A DNA stretch of 64,000 nucleotides, from the NCBI GenBank assembly GCA_028285105.1, contig JANQQE010000015.1, positions 85,881 to 149,880 of the forward strand. The letters run 5' to 3'. Origin of the DNA: Alphaproteobacteria bacterium. GTDB lineage: Bacteria; Planctomycetota; Phycisphaerae; UBA1845. The translations under genes were made by a program, and so were the position numbers. Shown piece by piece: positions 9,996 through 21,027 of this stretch. The first letter of the stretch is position 1. Every line of letters starts with the position of its first letter. The notes below the pieces were generated by a model that saw nothing but the letters and a program-made list of their open reading frames with translations, made no database searches and was not told the origin of the DNA.

Positions 9996-11597
9996 ATGGC
10001 TGAATCACAAATCATTGATAGCCGTCCAGACGCCCAAGGCCATCCTTGGCGTCTTGGCAAAATATGGCTGACTTCATTTTTTGCTTCTGCGCTGCTGTAC
10101 GTTTCTCTCGTTGCTCCGGGAATCCTGTGGGGCGATTCGGGCCAGATGCAACTTCGGATTCTGACGGGACAGTTGCAAGACCTTCGCGAACTGGCTCGTT
10201 CGCACGTCACGTACATCGCAATGGCGTTCGGCTTATCGAAACTGATGGGTGGCTATCCAGTTCAAATCGCAAATTACTTGTCTGCCGTTGCTGGGGCATT
10301 GACGATTGCGAATTTCGCGGTGCTGTGCGGTCTGCTTTTGAAGACCCGAACCGCTGTCATTTGTGGAACATGCCTGCTGCTTTTTTCGCACACCCTTTGG
10401 CAGATGGCTTCCGGGGCTGAAGTCATAACGTTCTCGACCATGATGATGAGCGCAGAGTTGGTGTGCTTTGTTGTGTTCGCTCGGGGCGGGTCGGCTTGGT
10501 GGCTTGGGGCTGCGGCGTTGGCCAATGGCCTGGGCTGGTCAACCCACAATTTCGCCCTGTTGATGTGGCCGGCCTACGTGATCACGTTCCTGGCCTGCCC
10601 ACTTCTTCGCTCCAGACTAAGCTTACCCCGAGTGCTTGTGCCATTGTGCGGTTGGCTAATCGGTGTAGTGCCATTGGCTGTTTCGCTCTTGATGAACAAG
10701 ATCAAAGATGACGGCGATATTGATCATTTGCAGTCATTGTTCGTCGGAATTTATGCGGACAACGTCTTCAATTTAGGTGTATCGTTTGGAATGGTGTCAC
10801 GCGTCCTCGCCTATGCCTGCCTGAACTTCCCAACGCCACTCCTGCTGTTGCTTCCAATGGGCATACGGGTGGCTTGGAAGACGCTCGAAAAACCTGTTAG
10901 CGTCTATCTGTTGGTTGCGGCGATCACTTACTTTGCGTTTGCTGCGCGGTACAACGTGCCCGATCAATACACTTTTCTGACTCACAGTTACCCGTTTGCA
11001 GCGTTATTCATTGCCCTTGCCGTTGATCGAGTCCTGTTGAATCGCCGTGGATCCTGGCTTCCGGCGACATTCATTGCTCTTTCATGCGTCGCCCCGCTCT
11101 TCTACGCAGTCCTGCCACCGATTGCGGAACAACATCTATCCAAGTACGTCAAGATGCCTTTTCGTGAACTTCCTTATCGCCCGGCCTACAAATGGTTCTT
11201 GCAGCCCTGGAGAGCCGGATACACCGGGGCCGAAAAATATGCGACGCAGGTTTTGGAGAGCCTTCCACAAAATGCCATCTTGCTGGATGACTCAACCACA
11301 GGCCGGCCGCTCGACCTGGTCCAAGCCACCAGAAATCTGCGGCCTGATATCAAAATTCCTGGAGACTTGTTCTTCCGCCCGTGGACGACGCCCTACGTCA
11401 TAACAAAGGACGATATTGCGAGATTCGCGAAGGAACGCCGCCTGTTCAGCACCAACAAGAAGCCGCAACACTGGAAATCATGGAATCTGGACCGCAACTA
11501 TCAATTCGTATCCTTTGGACTTGCATACCAGGTCCTGCCTCACGACAATTCCGATTCAGATCCGACTGTCAATTCCGAACCAGACAAACTCCCGTAA
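9996..11597 (+). CDS. DUF2723/TMEM260-like polytopic GT-C glycosyltransferase
   Basis: LYVSLVAPGILWGDSGQ N-terminal motif, FSHTLWQMASGAEV, GLGWSTH, many TM segments. Confidence 0.75.
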   Translation: MAESQIIDSRPDAQGHPWRLGKIWLTSFFASALLYVSLVAPGILWGDSGQMQLRILTGQLQDLRELARSHVTYIAMAFGLSKLMGGYPVQIANYLSAVAGALTIANFAVLCGLLLKTRTAVICGTCLLLFSHTLWQMASGAEVITFSTMMMSAELVCFVVFARGGSAWWLGAAALANGLGWSTHNFALLMWPAYVITFLACPLLRSRLSLPRVLVPLCGWLIGVVPLAVSLLMNKIKDDGDIDHLQSLFVGIYADNVFNLGVSFGMVSRVLAYACLNFPTPLLLLLPMGIRVAWKTLEKPVSVYLLVAAITYFAFAARYNVPDQYTFLTHSYPFAALFIALAVDRVLLNRRGSWLPATFIALSCVAPLFYAVLPPIAEQHLSKYVKMPFRELPYRPAYKWFLQPWRAGYTGAEKYATQVLESLPQNAILLDDSTTGRPLDLVQATRNLRPDIKIPGDLFFRPWTTPYVITKDDIARFAKERRLFSTNKKPQHWKSWNLDRNYQFVSFGLAYQVLPHDNSDSDPTVNSEPDKLP

Positions 11598-11954
11598 CGT
11601 ATCAATTCCCGTCAGTACCTGAACGAACATGCAGCAGACAAATGCTATAGCAGCAAGAAGTTATGACCGATATAATCGGTGCTTGAACGCTGTTTCTGGG
11701 GGTTTTTGAGACCAGCCCGAATTTCATACGGCGGGCCCCAAATCCATTATTTCGCCCCATGATTGGAGCCCTGGCACAGCATTGTGCTGCGGCTGACGGG
11801 GACGGAGTCTGCTCTGGCAACGTCAGGTAAAGTGTGACTAAACAAGCGGGCGTTGCTTGGACTTTTGTGCCTTGGGGCAAAGCAGCCTGTGTTTTTGGTT
11901 ACGGAGTTTTTGGGTCGTTGGTTACGTAGTTGTTGGTCTCGGATTCGCTGCCAA

Positions 11955-13163
11955 ATGAAAATCGCATTCATCTTTGGAACTCGGCCTGAAGCAATTAAGC
12001 TTGCGCCTGTGATCCACGCTGCACGCGCAGCCGAAGGAATCAGCCCGCACATTTGCCTGACCGGTCAACACGAGTCCATGGTGGCTCAGGTGCTTGAAGC
12101 GTTTGCGATCGATCCCGATTCGAATCTCGGCCTCATGCAGCCGAATCAGTCATTGGCTTCATTTTCGTCACGCGCTTTGGCAGCAATCGATGACTACCTT
12201 GACACCGAGGCGCCTGATGTTGTCGTCGTTCAAGGCGATACATCGACGGTTCTTTGTGCGTCGTTGGCAGCGTTCTACCGCAAAATTCCCGTCGGGCATG
12301 TCGAAGCAGGGTTGCGAACTGGAAAGAAATTCAGCCCCTTTCCTGAAGAACTGAATCGCGTACTGGCATCTCAAATCGCAGACTATCATTTTGCCCCAAC
12401 GGAAAATGCGCGCAAAAATCTCATCGCAGAAGGAATCGCGCCCGAAACGATCACGGTGACCGGAAACACAATCGTCGACGCACTCATGCTTGCCTTGAAT
12501 CGCGTTCGGAATTCTCCCCCCATCGTTAATGAACTTCCCAGAGATTTAATGGAAGAGGGGTCGACAAAGAAGGTGGTCCTGATCACTTGCCATCGACGCG
12601 AGAATTTCGGACCGGACTTGGAGGAAATCTGTCACGCGATTCTCGCGTTGGCTCGGCAATACGAAGACGTCGCTTTTGTTTACCCGGTACACCTCAATCC
12701 AAATGTGTGGAAACCGGTCCATCGCTTTCTTGCTGGGCAGGACAACGTCTATCTGACCGAACCGCTCGGATACCTGCCGTTTGTTGCATTGATGGACCGC
12801 TCAACAATTATTCTGACCGATTCGGGCGGAATCCAGGAAGAGGCTCCGTCTCTGGGAAAACCTGTTCTTGTGATGCGAGACACAACCGAGCGTCCTGAAG
12901 GCATTGCAGCCGGTACCGCAAAACTGGTGGGAACAAACCGAATGCAGATTCAGCAAGCCGTTGAAACATTGCTGAATGACGAATCTGAGTATCGAACAAT
13001 GGCAAACGCTGTGTGCCCTTACGGGGATGGTAAGGCATCAACCCGTATCGTTCGGACGTTATCGCAACATGCAGAGAAAATGGGACGCAATCGCGCATCC
13101 CGTGACTCGGGTCCGGCGCTTGAATTCGCTATAAACGCTCTTGAGATGGAATCCTCCGTTTGA
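11955..13163 (+). CDS. wecB: UDP-N-acetylglucosamine 2-epimerase (non-hydrolysing)
   Basis: GTRPEAIK, TGQH, QGDT, HVEAGLRT, PEELNR, HRREN, TDSGGIQEEAP, TERPEG, PYGDG. Confidence 0.96.
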   Translation: MKIAFIFGTRPEAIKLAPVIHAARAAEGISPHICLTGQHESMVAQVLEAFAIDPDSNLGLMQPNQSLASFSSRALAAIDDYLDTEAPDVVVVQGDTSTVLCASLAAFYRKIPVGHVEAGLRTGKKFSPFPEELNRVLASQIADYHFAPTENARKNLIAEGIAPETITVTGNTIVDALMLALNRVRNSPPIVNELPRDLMEEGSTKKVVLITCHRRENFGPDLEEICHAILALARQYEDVAFVYPVHLNPNVWKPVHRFLAGQDNVYLTEPLGYLPFVALMDRSTIILTDSGGIQEEAPSLGKPVLVMRDTTERPEGIAAGTAKLVGTNRMQIQQAVETLLNDESEYRTMANAVCPYGDGKASTRIVRTLSQHAEKMGRNRASRDSGPALEFAINALEMESSV

Positions 13164-15682
13164 ATTCGATGGCGCGAAATCGCAACTTAAGCTGCTTCGC
13201 CAACCAGGAAGCGAACGCGATTCCTTCCAAATCAAGACGCCGTCCGGCCTCAGTGGCAACATTGATGGTTCTGCTGTGTTTGTGCGGCCAAATGGAATCA
13301 AGAGGCGACGAATTAGGGCTCACCAACATTGCACAGGGCAAGCCTTACACGTTTTCGACGCCCCCCAATTATCGGTTGTGCACCGATGCGGGGGATGCGA
13401 AACAACTCACCGATGGTGTTGCGTCCGGCTGCAACTGGACAAAAAAAACGTCGGTTGGATGGCAGTCCATTCGAGAGTTTCCAGCGATCGAAATCGACCT
13501 GGGCTCAAGGCAACAGGTTGGGCGCATCAGAATACACTCCAGTTTTCGCAAGGATGTCGGGGTATCGCTGCCCGAACAGATTATCGCAATGCTCAGCGAC
13601 GATGGCATCAATTTCAAAATTGCCTGCGCATTCGATGACTTGAGGCCAGAGAATCAGTCAGCCAACAAGAAGAAAATTATTCCGCATGTTTTTGAAACGG
13701 ACCGCATCAACGTCGCCGGCCGCTTTCTGAATATCGTGATCGTTCCTAAAGGAAACTACACATTTGTTGACGAAATCGAAGTATTTCCTTCAAAAGAAAA
13801 CGCCGAGGTCCGTCAAGAATCTCAGTATCGCGTAGCCCGAAGCCCAGATATCATCCCGATCATTGCCGAACACCGAAAACTCGTGTCGTTGAAAAAGTCA
13901 ATATTCGAATTTTATGACCATGTTCAATCACAGATTTCGGATTCAAATCAACCTTGGATTGAGCGAACGAGGATTCTAAACGATCAAGTCAGATCGCTAC
14001 GCGTATCGGACCAGGACAGTCGACATGCGGTACTCAATCGATTTCGACAATTGCGTAGCGAGTGGCTATCTACGAACTCGACGGAACAAATCGTCTGGCG
14101 GCAAGCAGACACGACCATTCAGTCAAGTCCAGATGACGTCTATTGGATTCGAGACGACGATTCCGACTCGATTCAGGTAGCACTTTGGCAAAACGAGCAC
14201 GAGTCAGCCGTCGTTACCCTGGCAAACTGTAGTTCATCTTCAGCAGTTTTGTCTATTTCTCTCTCGCCGTTGCGATCGGGTTCGGGCGAGACGCTTCGTT
14301 CCGAAGACTTCATCACGCTGCGGCAAGTGGTGAATGTCGATGCGCTTGGAAAGGGCATTGTTGGTGATGCATTACCTAAGCTGTCTGATCGAAGAGTCGT
14401 CATTCCAGCAGGCAGTTCGATTCAAATTTGGCTCGATTTCTTTTCGCCCATTCTTGATGAAGGCGAATACCAATTTGCACTCAGCATCGATTCGCAATTC
14501 GAGGGCAGCAACTTCACGAACAAGACCGTGATCCAAGGATTCGCCAAGGTGCATCCCATTCGAATTCCCGATCGAGCGACACTGTTGACAATGACTTATG
14601 CCTACCTTGGAAGATACCCCTATCAACCGAGGCAAATGGCGAGAGTGGCTAGGGACTTGCATCAGAATTACGTCAACTTGTACGTCATACCGATCGAGGA
14701 TCTACCGCGCGGCATGCCGTTGTCCTCAGGCAAAATGCAGATGGATTATCGACGTCACGACGCGGCAATTGCCCGCTATCCGCATGCCCGAGAGTACTTG
14801 TTTTTTTGGGGTTATGTACCATCAACAAAGAGTAAGCGAGGATACCGTCATCATTGGGGGCCTTGGATGAGTTCACAATGGAAGGCGGCGATGGGCTCAT
14901 ATATTACGAATTGGACTGAACACCTTAAGACCAACGGTATCGGCTATGATCGATTTGCCATGTACCCATACGATGAATCGCTTTGCCCTGAATTTGCCGA
15001 GTTGGCTAAATTCATCAAATCCGTCGATCCAAAGATCAGAATCTTCGCAAATAGCCCGGGGCGCAAGGGAAGTTCAGAATTGGATCAAATTGCGCCGTAC
15101 ATTGACTTTTGGTGTCTGCCGGAAAACAGAAGTCAGAGTCACCTTGCACGCATGCGGCTCTCCAAATCGAATGCGGTAAAACTCATGCGATATGACTGCC
15201 AAGGTGATTGCAAATCATTGTCGCCACTTCATTACTACAGACTGCAACCCTGGCGATCATGGCAGGCCGGCGATGTTGGCAGTGCATATTGGACCTATTT
15301 CGCACCACCGCGCGATCCGATGCGATCTGGTTGGGACGACATCGAAAACATGGGGGCACGCTGGGATGCCGTTTACGCATCAGACCTCGCCCCTGTCGAT
15401 TGTGGCGACGAATTGCTTGTCCCGAGCAGAAGGTTGCGCGCTTGGCGCGACGGAATCGAAGACTACGAATACCTTCATACCCTTCAACAACGACTCCGTG
15501 CTTTGGAAGATAAGAGCGGAACACCGAATCGTAAGGTACGTCGCGAAGTGAACAAAACAGTTCGGCAAGTCTTGGGTACACACTCTGGAAGCGCGGCTGT
15601 CATGGATGCTCGCTCGCGAATCACGCAAGAGATTCTCAAGTTGGATTCAAGACTTTTGTCCGATGGCCGCAGAACGCCATAA
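13160..15682 (+). CDS. Exported protein with discoidin/F5-8-like N-domain and GH123/DUF4091-like C-domain
   Basis: NIAQGKPY...QLTDG...IDLG...FVDEIEV; QNEHES, YPYDE catalytic-like pair, PSRRLRAWRDGIEDYEYL. Confidence 0.65.
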   Translation: MNSMARNRNLSCFANQEANAIPSKSRRRPASVATLMVLLCLCGQMESRGDELGLTNIAQGKPYTFSTPPNYRLCTDAGDAKQLTDGVASGCNWTKKTSVGWQSIREFPAIEIDLGSRQQVGRIRIHSSFRKDVGVSLPEQIIAMLSDDGINFKIACAFDDLRPENQSANKKKIIPHVFETDRINVAGRFLNIVIVPKGNYTFVDEIEVFPSKENAEVRQESQYRVARSPDIIPIIAEHRKLVSLKKSIFEFYDHVQSQISDSNQPWIERTRILNDQVRSLRVSDQDSRHAVLNRFRQLRSEWLSTNSTEQIVWRQADTTIQSSPDDVYWIRDDDSDSIQVALWQNEHESAVVTLANCSSSSAVLSISLSPLRSGSGETLRSEDFITLRQVVNVDALGKGIVGDALPKLSDRRVVIPAGSSIQIWLDFFSPILDEGEYQFALSIDSQFEGSNFTNKTVIQGFAKVHPIRIPDRATLLTMTYAYLGRYPYQPRQMARVARDLHQNYVNLYVIPIEDLPRGMPLSSGKMQMDYRRHDAAIARYPHAREYLFFWGYVPSTKSKRGYRHHWGPWMSSQWKAAMGSYITNWTEHLKTNGIGYDRFAMYPYDESLCPEFAELAKFIKSVDPKIRIFANSPGRKGSSELDQIAPYIDFWCLPENRSQSHLARMRLSKSNAVKLMRYDCQGDCKSLSPLHYYRLQPWRSWQAGDVGSAYWTYFAPPRDPMRSGWDDIENMGARWDAVYASDLAPVDCGDELLVPSRRLRAWRDGIEDYEYLHTLQQRLRALEDKSGTPNRKVRREVNKTVRQVLGTHSGSAAVMDARSRITQEILKLDSRLLSDGRRTP

Positions 15683-15709
15683 GAAATCCGTCAAACCTGG
15701 CATTTTCCG

Positions 15710-17227
15710 ATGAATCAAAAAAAGCGGATCGTCTGGAACGCCTCAACAAATCTGATTCGGCAGTTTCTGCTAATCATCATTGCATTGATTCTCAATCCAT
15801 TTTTGTACCACGGATTGGGAGCTGATGGATACGGCATTATTGCGCTCATTGGAATGACAGGAGGAATTCTGATGCTGCTCGATGCCGGGCTTGCCCATGC
15901 GATCTCGCGATTCATCAGCAAACATCATGCAAATAAAAATGTCGAAGAACTTAATCGTGTCATCGTAACATCTGTATGCGTCTACACGCTGATTGGTGGT
16001 CTTGCGCTCGCAATCGTTGCCATTCTTGGGCTTTACTTTCTTGACACTCTCGGCGTGCCCTCGCATCTCGCGTCAGAAACACGGAGCGCATTTCTGCTCG
16101 TCGCAATCGCGCTAGGAGTTCGGTTCCCTGGAAATGCATTCGAGGGCGTACTCCGTGGAATGCAGCGATTCGATCTTTCGAATAGCGCGATCCTCATCGA
16201 AAAAATCATATATGCCGCCCTGTCATTTGCGGGAATCGGTCTCTTCCATTGTGGGGTCGTCGGAATCGCGTGGGCGCTGTTGGCAGGGGCGCTTGCCTCA
16301 CAATGCCTTCGAGTCCTGTTTGTAATTAGAATCTACGACGGAATTCGGATCGGTCCAACGCTGCTATCCTGGAATGTTTTGCGAGAGATGTTTGCGTTCG
16401 GATCCATGGCGTTTCTGACTCAACTCTCGTCCTTTATGGAAAACACCTTAACCAAGGGCATCGTCAGCGCGATCTTCGGCACCACCCTGCTCGGATCGTT
16501 CAACTTCGTTATCATTCTTGCAGGATTGTTGCGGCAAACTCGCTTGTCAATCACCAACGTCGTCATGCCCGTTGCAAGCAAGTACGAAGCACTTGAAGAT
16601 AACACGAGACTCAAGCGACTTCTCATCGACGGGTCTCGGTTGTTGATGTCCATCATATTTCCGGTTGGAGCGTGGATTGCGATCATGGCGGGCCCCCTCT
16701 TGACCACTTGGGTCGGACCCGAATTAAAAGATGTCGCAGCCTTGCTCTCTCTGTTTGCGTGCGTCGAAGTCCTTGATGCCTCTAATGGTGTTGGTCACAT
16801 GGTACTTCTGGGAATGGGGCGCGCAAAATTTCTGGGAATTCTATACCTTCTATCCAGCTTCATCGCAATCACGTTACTCCTTGTGCTGGCAGTCAACACA
16901 AATCTAGGACTCTATTCCGCTGCCCTTGGGGCGGGCGTTGGCGTTTTGATCAAACGCTTCTCTATTTTCGTCCACATGTGTCGCACCCTTGGTGTTTCAA
17001 CCAAGGACTTTTTGTTGTCCGCGATGGCGCCCGCCTTGTTCATGACAGCCGCCATTGGAGTATTTACGTGGAAGCTGCGAGATGCTTTGCCTCCGAGTGG
17101 GTGGTTTACAATTGGGGCATCAGCCGTATCGGCGGCGATCATTCACGTCGCCGTTGCCTGGATGCTGGTGCTGCGAAATCAAGAACGCTCGCAAATACTT
17201 GCCGTCGCTCGCCGTATCATTGGATAA
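15710..17227 (+). CDS. wzx: Oligosaccharide flippase (Wzx family)
   Basis: About 14 TM segments, LGADGYG, DAGL..AISRFIS, LRGMQRFD. Confidence 0.85.
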   Translation: MNQKKRIVWNASTNLIRQFLLIIIALILNPFLYHGLGADGYGIIALIGMTGGILMLLDAGLAHAISRFISKHHANKNVEELNRVIVTSVCVYTLIGGLALAIVAILGLYFLDTLGVPSHLASETRSAFLLVAIALGVRFPGNAFEGVLRGMQRFDLSNSAILIEKIIYAALSFAGIGLFHCGVVGIAWALLAGALASQCLRVLFVIRIYDGIRIGPTLLSWNVLREMFAFGSMAFLTQLSSFMENTLTKGIVSAIFGTTLLGSFNFVIILAGLLRQTRLSITNVVMPVASKYEALEDNTRLKRLLIDGSRLLMSIIFPVGAWIAIMAGPLLTTWVGPELKDVAALLSLFACVEVLDASNGVGHMVLLGMGRAKFLGILYLLSSFIAITLLLVLAVNTNLGLYSAALGAGVGVLIKRFSIFVHMCRTLGVSTKDFLLSAMAPALFMTAAIGVFTWKLRDALPPSGWFTIGASAVSAAIIHVAVAWMLVLRNQERSQILAVARRIIG

Positions 17228-17334
17228 TCGCATCCTGCGGAAACGAGCAAGCGACGAACGTGTTGAAACGATCAATATAGAACAAGCCTCATACGACCGA
17301 CGATTGAAAGTTTGTTGGAAGCAATAACGAAACG

Positions 17335-18807
17335 ATGAGCAGTTCACTGACCATTCCACTCATGTTCGTAGGAGCCGCGGGTGCCCTCGCATTTTTGGCG
17401 TTGGCACTCATGCTATTTGCGCGATTTCGCTTGATTGACTGTCTGCCCTTGATCGTGATTTGCAGTGTTGTGTTTTTTCTCAGCCGATTCAACCATCAAT
17501 TCGCAGTGTTTCTGGGGATGAGAAAATTTCCGGGAATGATGTTCTTGATGCTCTTGTGGCTACCGGTGCTGTACACCCTTCGGTCCATGCGCGGCATACC
17601 AAGTCTACCGTTTGCGAATCCAATTTTGTTCATGCTGACAATTTTCTCTGGCATCGGATTTCTCAGTGGAATCATGAGTAGTCCAAATCTCATCGGAATC
17701 ATTTCGCCACTCCATGTCATTTGTACAACAGTACTTCCACTGTTACTGGCGTTTTCGATGGTCGCTACTGTCGGTCGAGACAGAAAGTCCCACGAACATC
17801 TGGTCACTTCCTTCATCCTGTTTTGTGGCGTTTTTCTGCCCGGGCTCATGCTTATCGGCGCCCTCGCCCCGGACTCCATTGGGCGATACCTGGGCTGGGG
17901 CGCAGCCGCCGAACGGCATGGTGCCGGTTTTTCTGCTGCGCGAACCCCCATTGGCTCTGGAATCGCCTCTGCAATGGTCGCCAACATTGCCTACGGATTT
18001 GCCTTGTGTCGATTCTTGACCAAGAAACAATGGTTAAATTTCATTCCGATCGCCCTTGTTGGTTTTGCCTTGCTTTTCTCTTTGCAGCGATCGGCGCTGG
18101 CTATGTTTTTGATATTCAATGCTTTGTTTTTTGTGCACGCCGCCCGCAAACATTTGTTTGCGCTGACGTTTGCCGGAATACTTGCGCTCGGTACCTTCGC
18201 AGCTGTCAGCAAGTTTCTGCCTGACCACTATCGATTCGACCGTTTTCTTTCGTTGGGTGGCGACAGCGCCGACATTCGATTCTCTGGAATCAAGGGGGCA
18301 TGGTTGGCAAGCCTCCATGCTCCCGTTTTTGGTCATGGCCCGGGATTGCTTTACGATGAATTCCGAACGACCTTCGCGCTGGAAAAGGAACAGCAATCTT
18401 CGGTTCATGACACGATCACAATCTATGGATACGCATCACCCCAAGAACCGCACAACACTTATGCCTTTGTTGCTGCTGAGTTTGGTTTTTTCGGTTTCAT
18501 TTCGTTTGTTGGCTTATTGATCTACCTCTGGCGCAAGACCCAAGCAAAATCGCTCAAGAGCCTTGCACCTCAAGATTTGTTGTATAGGAAAATGTACAAC
18601 GCACAATGGGTGGCTTATTTGGCCGGCATGTACACGCACAGCACGCCGCTTGCGAATATGAAACCGGCTATGTTCTTTTGGCTCTTTGCGGCGATGGGCA
18701 TTCACTGGTACGCATGCTGTCTTGTTGAACACAGTGCTGCAAGGGCAACTTTGAATCCAACATTGGGGCGATATCCGGTCCTTGGGGGGCCTGCTCTCAA
18801 CACGTAA
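17335..18807 (+). CDS. O-antigen ligase/polymerase family (Wzy/WaaL-like) membrane protein
   Basis: Polytopic; SLQRSA, HAPVFGHGPG, PHNTYAFVAAEFGFFG motifs. Confidence 0.82.
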   Translation: MSSSLTIPLMFVGAAGALAFLALALMLFARFRLIDCLPLIVICSVVFFLSRFNHQFAVFLGMRKFPGMMFLMLLWLPVLYTLRSMRGIPSLPFANPILFMLTIFSGIGFLSGIMSSPNLIGIISPLHVICTTVLPLLLAFSMVATVGRDRKSHEHLVTSFILFCGVFLPGLMLIGALAPDSIGRYLGWGAAAERHGAGFSAARTPIGSGIASAMVANIAYGFALCRFLTKKQWLNFIPIALVGFALLFSLQRSALAMFLIFNALFFVHAARKHLFALTFAGILALGTFAAVSKFLPDHYRFDRFLSLGGDSADIRFSGIKGAWLASLHAPVFGHGPGLLYDEFRTTFALEKEQQSSVHDTITIYGYASPQEPHNTYAFVAAEFGFFGFISFVGLLIYLWRKTQAKSLKSLAPQDLLYRKMYNAQWVAYLAGMYTHSTPLANMKPAMFFWLFAAMGIHWYACCLVEHSAARATLNPTLGRYPVLGGPALNT

Positions 18808-18826
18808 AAGCTGTTTACGTCCAGCA

Positions 18827-20068
18827 ATGAAGAGGCCCATTCAAATCATGAGTCCAGTAGCCACAACAGGAACAGCAACCGCAAACGACAATTCGGCTCG
18901 AGTCTGCATGTTTTTGTCGAACGAAGTTTTGTCTGATGGCCGAGTGATGCGCGAGGCTGAGGCTATTGCAAGTGCATATCGACTTACAATAATTGGATGG
19001 CTTCGACCGGAACGAAAAAAGAGATTCGATGCAGAGTTTGCGAAGACACTTCCCTTTACTATCAAACTCAAGGAGTTTGTCTCAGCCAAACTACTGCCAA
19101 AAAATATTGTTGGATACCTGGCCAGATATATGGAAATGATCTTTCGCTTCACGTTCGCTGGCTTGCGGATGCGGCCAGATATCGTGCATGCTCAAGAACA
19201 GGACACACTTCTGATTGGATATATCGTAGCTAAGTGCGTCGGAGCCAAACTAATCTATGACGCCCACGAATTGTATCGAGAAGTTCCTCCCGCAGGAGGC
19301 GCCATCGGGCGATTTCTCGCGCCCCGACTGGAATCATTTTTGATGAAACGATGCGACCTGGTCATTGCGTGCAACTCCCAGCGGGCGCAAATCATGCACA
19401 AAGAATATGGTGTACCGGTTGTTCCCAGTGTGATTCGCAACCTACCTCCTTTTTCCGAGCCATCGGAAGGCGGGCGCAAATTGCGCGATTTTGTCAATAA
19501 CCAAAACCCCGAAATTGAGAAGATTATCGTTCACCCTGGCGGACTGGCAGGACGAGGTGCCAATGTCGCTTTGCCTGCCTTGGCAAAGCTGCCAAAATCG
19601 ATTGGCTTGGCGATCATCGGATATGCCAACCAAAAAACATTGCCTGAGATGGAAACACTGACACGGAAACACAGTTTGATTGACCGTGTGTTTTACTATC
19701 CGCGTGTCCCTTACGCAGAGTTGGCCGAGCTCGTTGCGGAAGGAGATATTGGACTTGTATCTTACCCGAATACGAATCGTAATAATTATTTCTGCGCGCC
19801 CAACAAACTCTATGAGTACGCAATGGCGGGAATTCCAACAGTCGCCGTCGACTATCCTCCATGTCGAGAATTCCTTGAAGAGTACAAATTCGGCCAATGC
19901 TTTGAATGGAATAATCCGGACGCCTTGGCTGATGCAGTGGTTAATTGCATTTCTGATCAAGCCCGATACGACCAGATGTGCGCAGAAGCAAGGCGTGCTG
20001 CTACGCAAACCAATTGGGACAAAGAGCGAAAAGTACTGATTTCGCTTTACGATCGGTTGATTGCATAA
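18827..20068 (+). CDS. Glycosyltransferase family 4
   Basis: DGRVMREA, IYDAHELY, PNKLYEYAMAGIP. Confidence 0.9.
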   Translation: MKRPIQIMSPVATTGTATANDNSARVCMFLSNEVLSDGRVMREAEAIASAYRLTIIGWLRPERKKRFDAEFAKTLPFTIKLKEFVSAKLLPKNIVGYLARYMEMIFRFTFAGLRMRPDIVHAQEQDTLLIGYIVAKCVGAKLIYDAHELYREVPPAGGAIGRFLAPRLESFLMKRCDLVIACNSQRAQIMHKEYGVPVVPSVIRNLPPFSEPSEGGRKLRDFVNNQNPEIEKIIVHPGGLAGRGANVALPALAKLPKSIGLAIIGYANQKTLPEMETLTRKHSLIDRVFYYPRVPYAELAELVAEGDIGLVSYPNTNRNNYFCAPNKLYEYAMAGIPTVAVDYPPCREFLEEYKFGQCFEWNNPDALADAVVNCISDQARYDQMCAEARRAATQTNWDKERKVLISLYDRLIA

Positions 20069-20122
20069 TTATTCTTACTTAGCACAACTAATGCAGGTGT
20101 ATGAAACCGGCACAATTGCTTT

Positions 20123-21007
20123 ATGTCTGATCCTGCCACTACCAAGAATCTCATCATAAACGCAGACGATTTTGGTATCGGACATCGCGTCACAGATGGT
20201 ATTGTCGAATCGTTCAGGAATGGAGTCGTCACCAGCACCACCGTGATGGCCAATATGCCGGCAACGGAATACGCATGCAAGCTCGCACAGGATCTTCCAG
20301 CCCTTGGAATCGGAGTCCATTTGAACCTGACCCGTGGATCGGCATTGTCAAATCCGGAAACCATTCCCGATCTTGCAACTTCTACCGGGCAGTTCGTTTC
20401 CAAGAGCGAAATGCTTCGAACACTTTGGGGCGGGGCAAAAATCGCTGCTCAAGTTGAACGCGAGTTCGCATTACAGATACAACGAATCGTTGATCTGGGT
20501 GTAATACCAACGCACTGCGACAGTCATCATGGCATGCACAAGAGGCCAGCGGCACGGGCGGCGTTGATTGCTGTACTTGCCAAATTCGGTATCAAGTCCG
20601 TCCGAAATCAAAATTCAATTTTTCGATGCCGAAAAAATGCTTCGCCGTCGGTTCGATTGAAGGCATTCGCATGCAACGCCAAGCGCTTCCCTGCTCGAAT
20701 GTACGATAAGACGACAAAACGGCTTATGACAAAGGCAGGCATCAAAATGCCTGATCAAAAGATTTCACGAACGATGCTTGTTCCAATTTCAACTGCCCCC
20801 ATCGAAAACATGGTACGCTGTATTGAACTGTTACCCTGTGGCACGTCAGAGATCGTGTTTCATCCGGGTTTTCCAGACTCCGTCGCCGACGACAATCGGT
20901 CTCAGGAGAAAATGCGGAGAACCGATCTTGAAGTCGCATTGTCGCCTGAAGTTCGCGATGCAATCGAAGAACAAGGTATTCGGCTCGTTTCTTTTCGTGA
21001 TATTTAA
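20123..21007 (+). CDS. YdjC/ChbG-family carbohydrate deacetylase
   Basis: LIINADDFG, GVHLNLT, HCDSHHGMH, EIVFHPG. Confidence 0.92.
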   Translation: MSDPATTKNLIINADDFGIGHRVTDGIVESFRNGVVTSTTVMANMPATEYACKLAQDLPALGIGVHLNLTRGSALSNPETIPDLATSTGQFVSKSEMLRTLWGGAKIAAQVEREFALQIQRIVDLGVIPTHCDSHHGMHKRPAARAALIAVLAKFGIKSVRNQNSIFRCRKNASPSVRLKAFACNAKRFPARMYDKTTKRLMTKAGIKMPDQKISRTMLVPISTAPIENMVRCIELLPCGTSEIVFHPGFPDSVADDNRSQEKMRRTDLEVALSPEVRDAIEEQGIRLVSFRDI

Positions 21008-21027
21008 GTGTTTGAATTCTCCATAGG

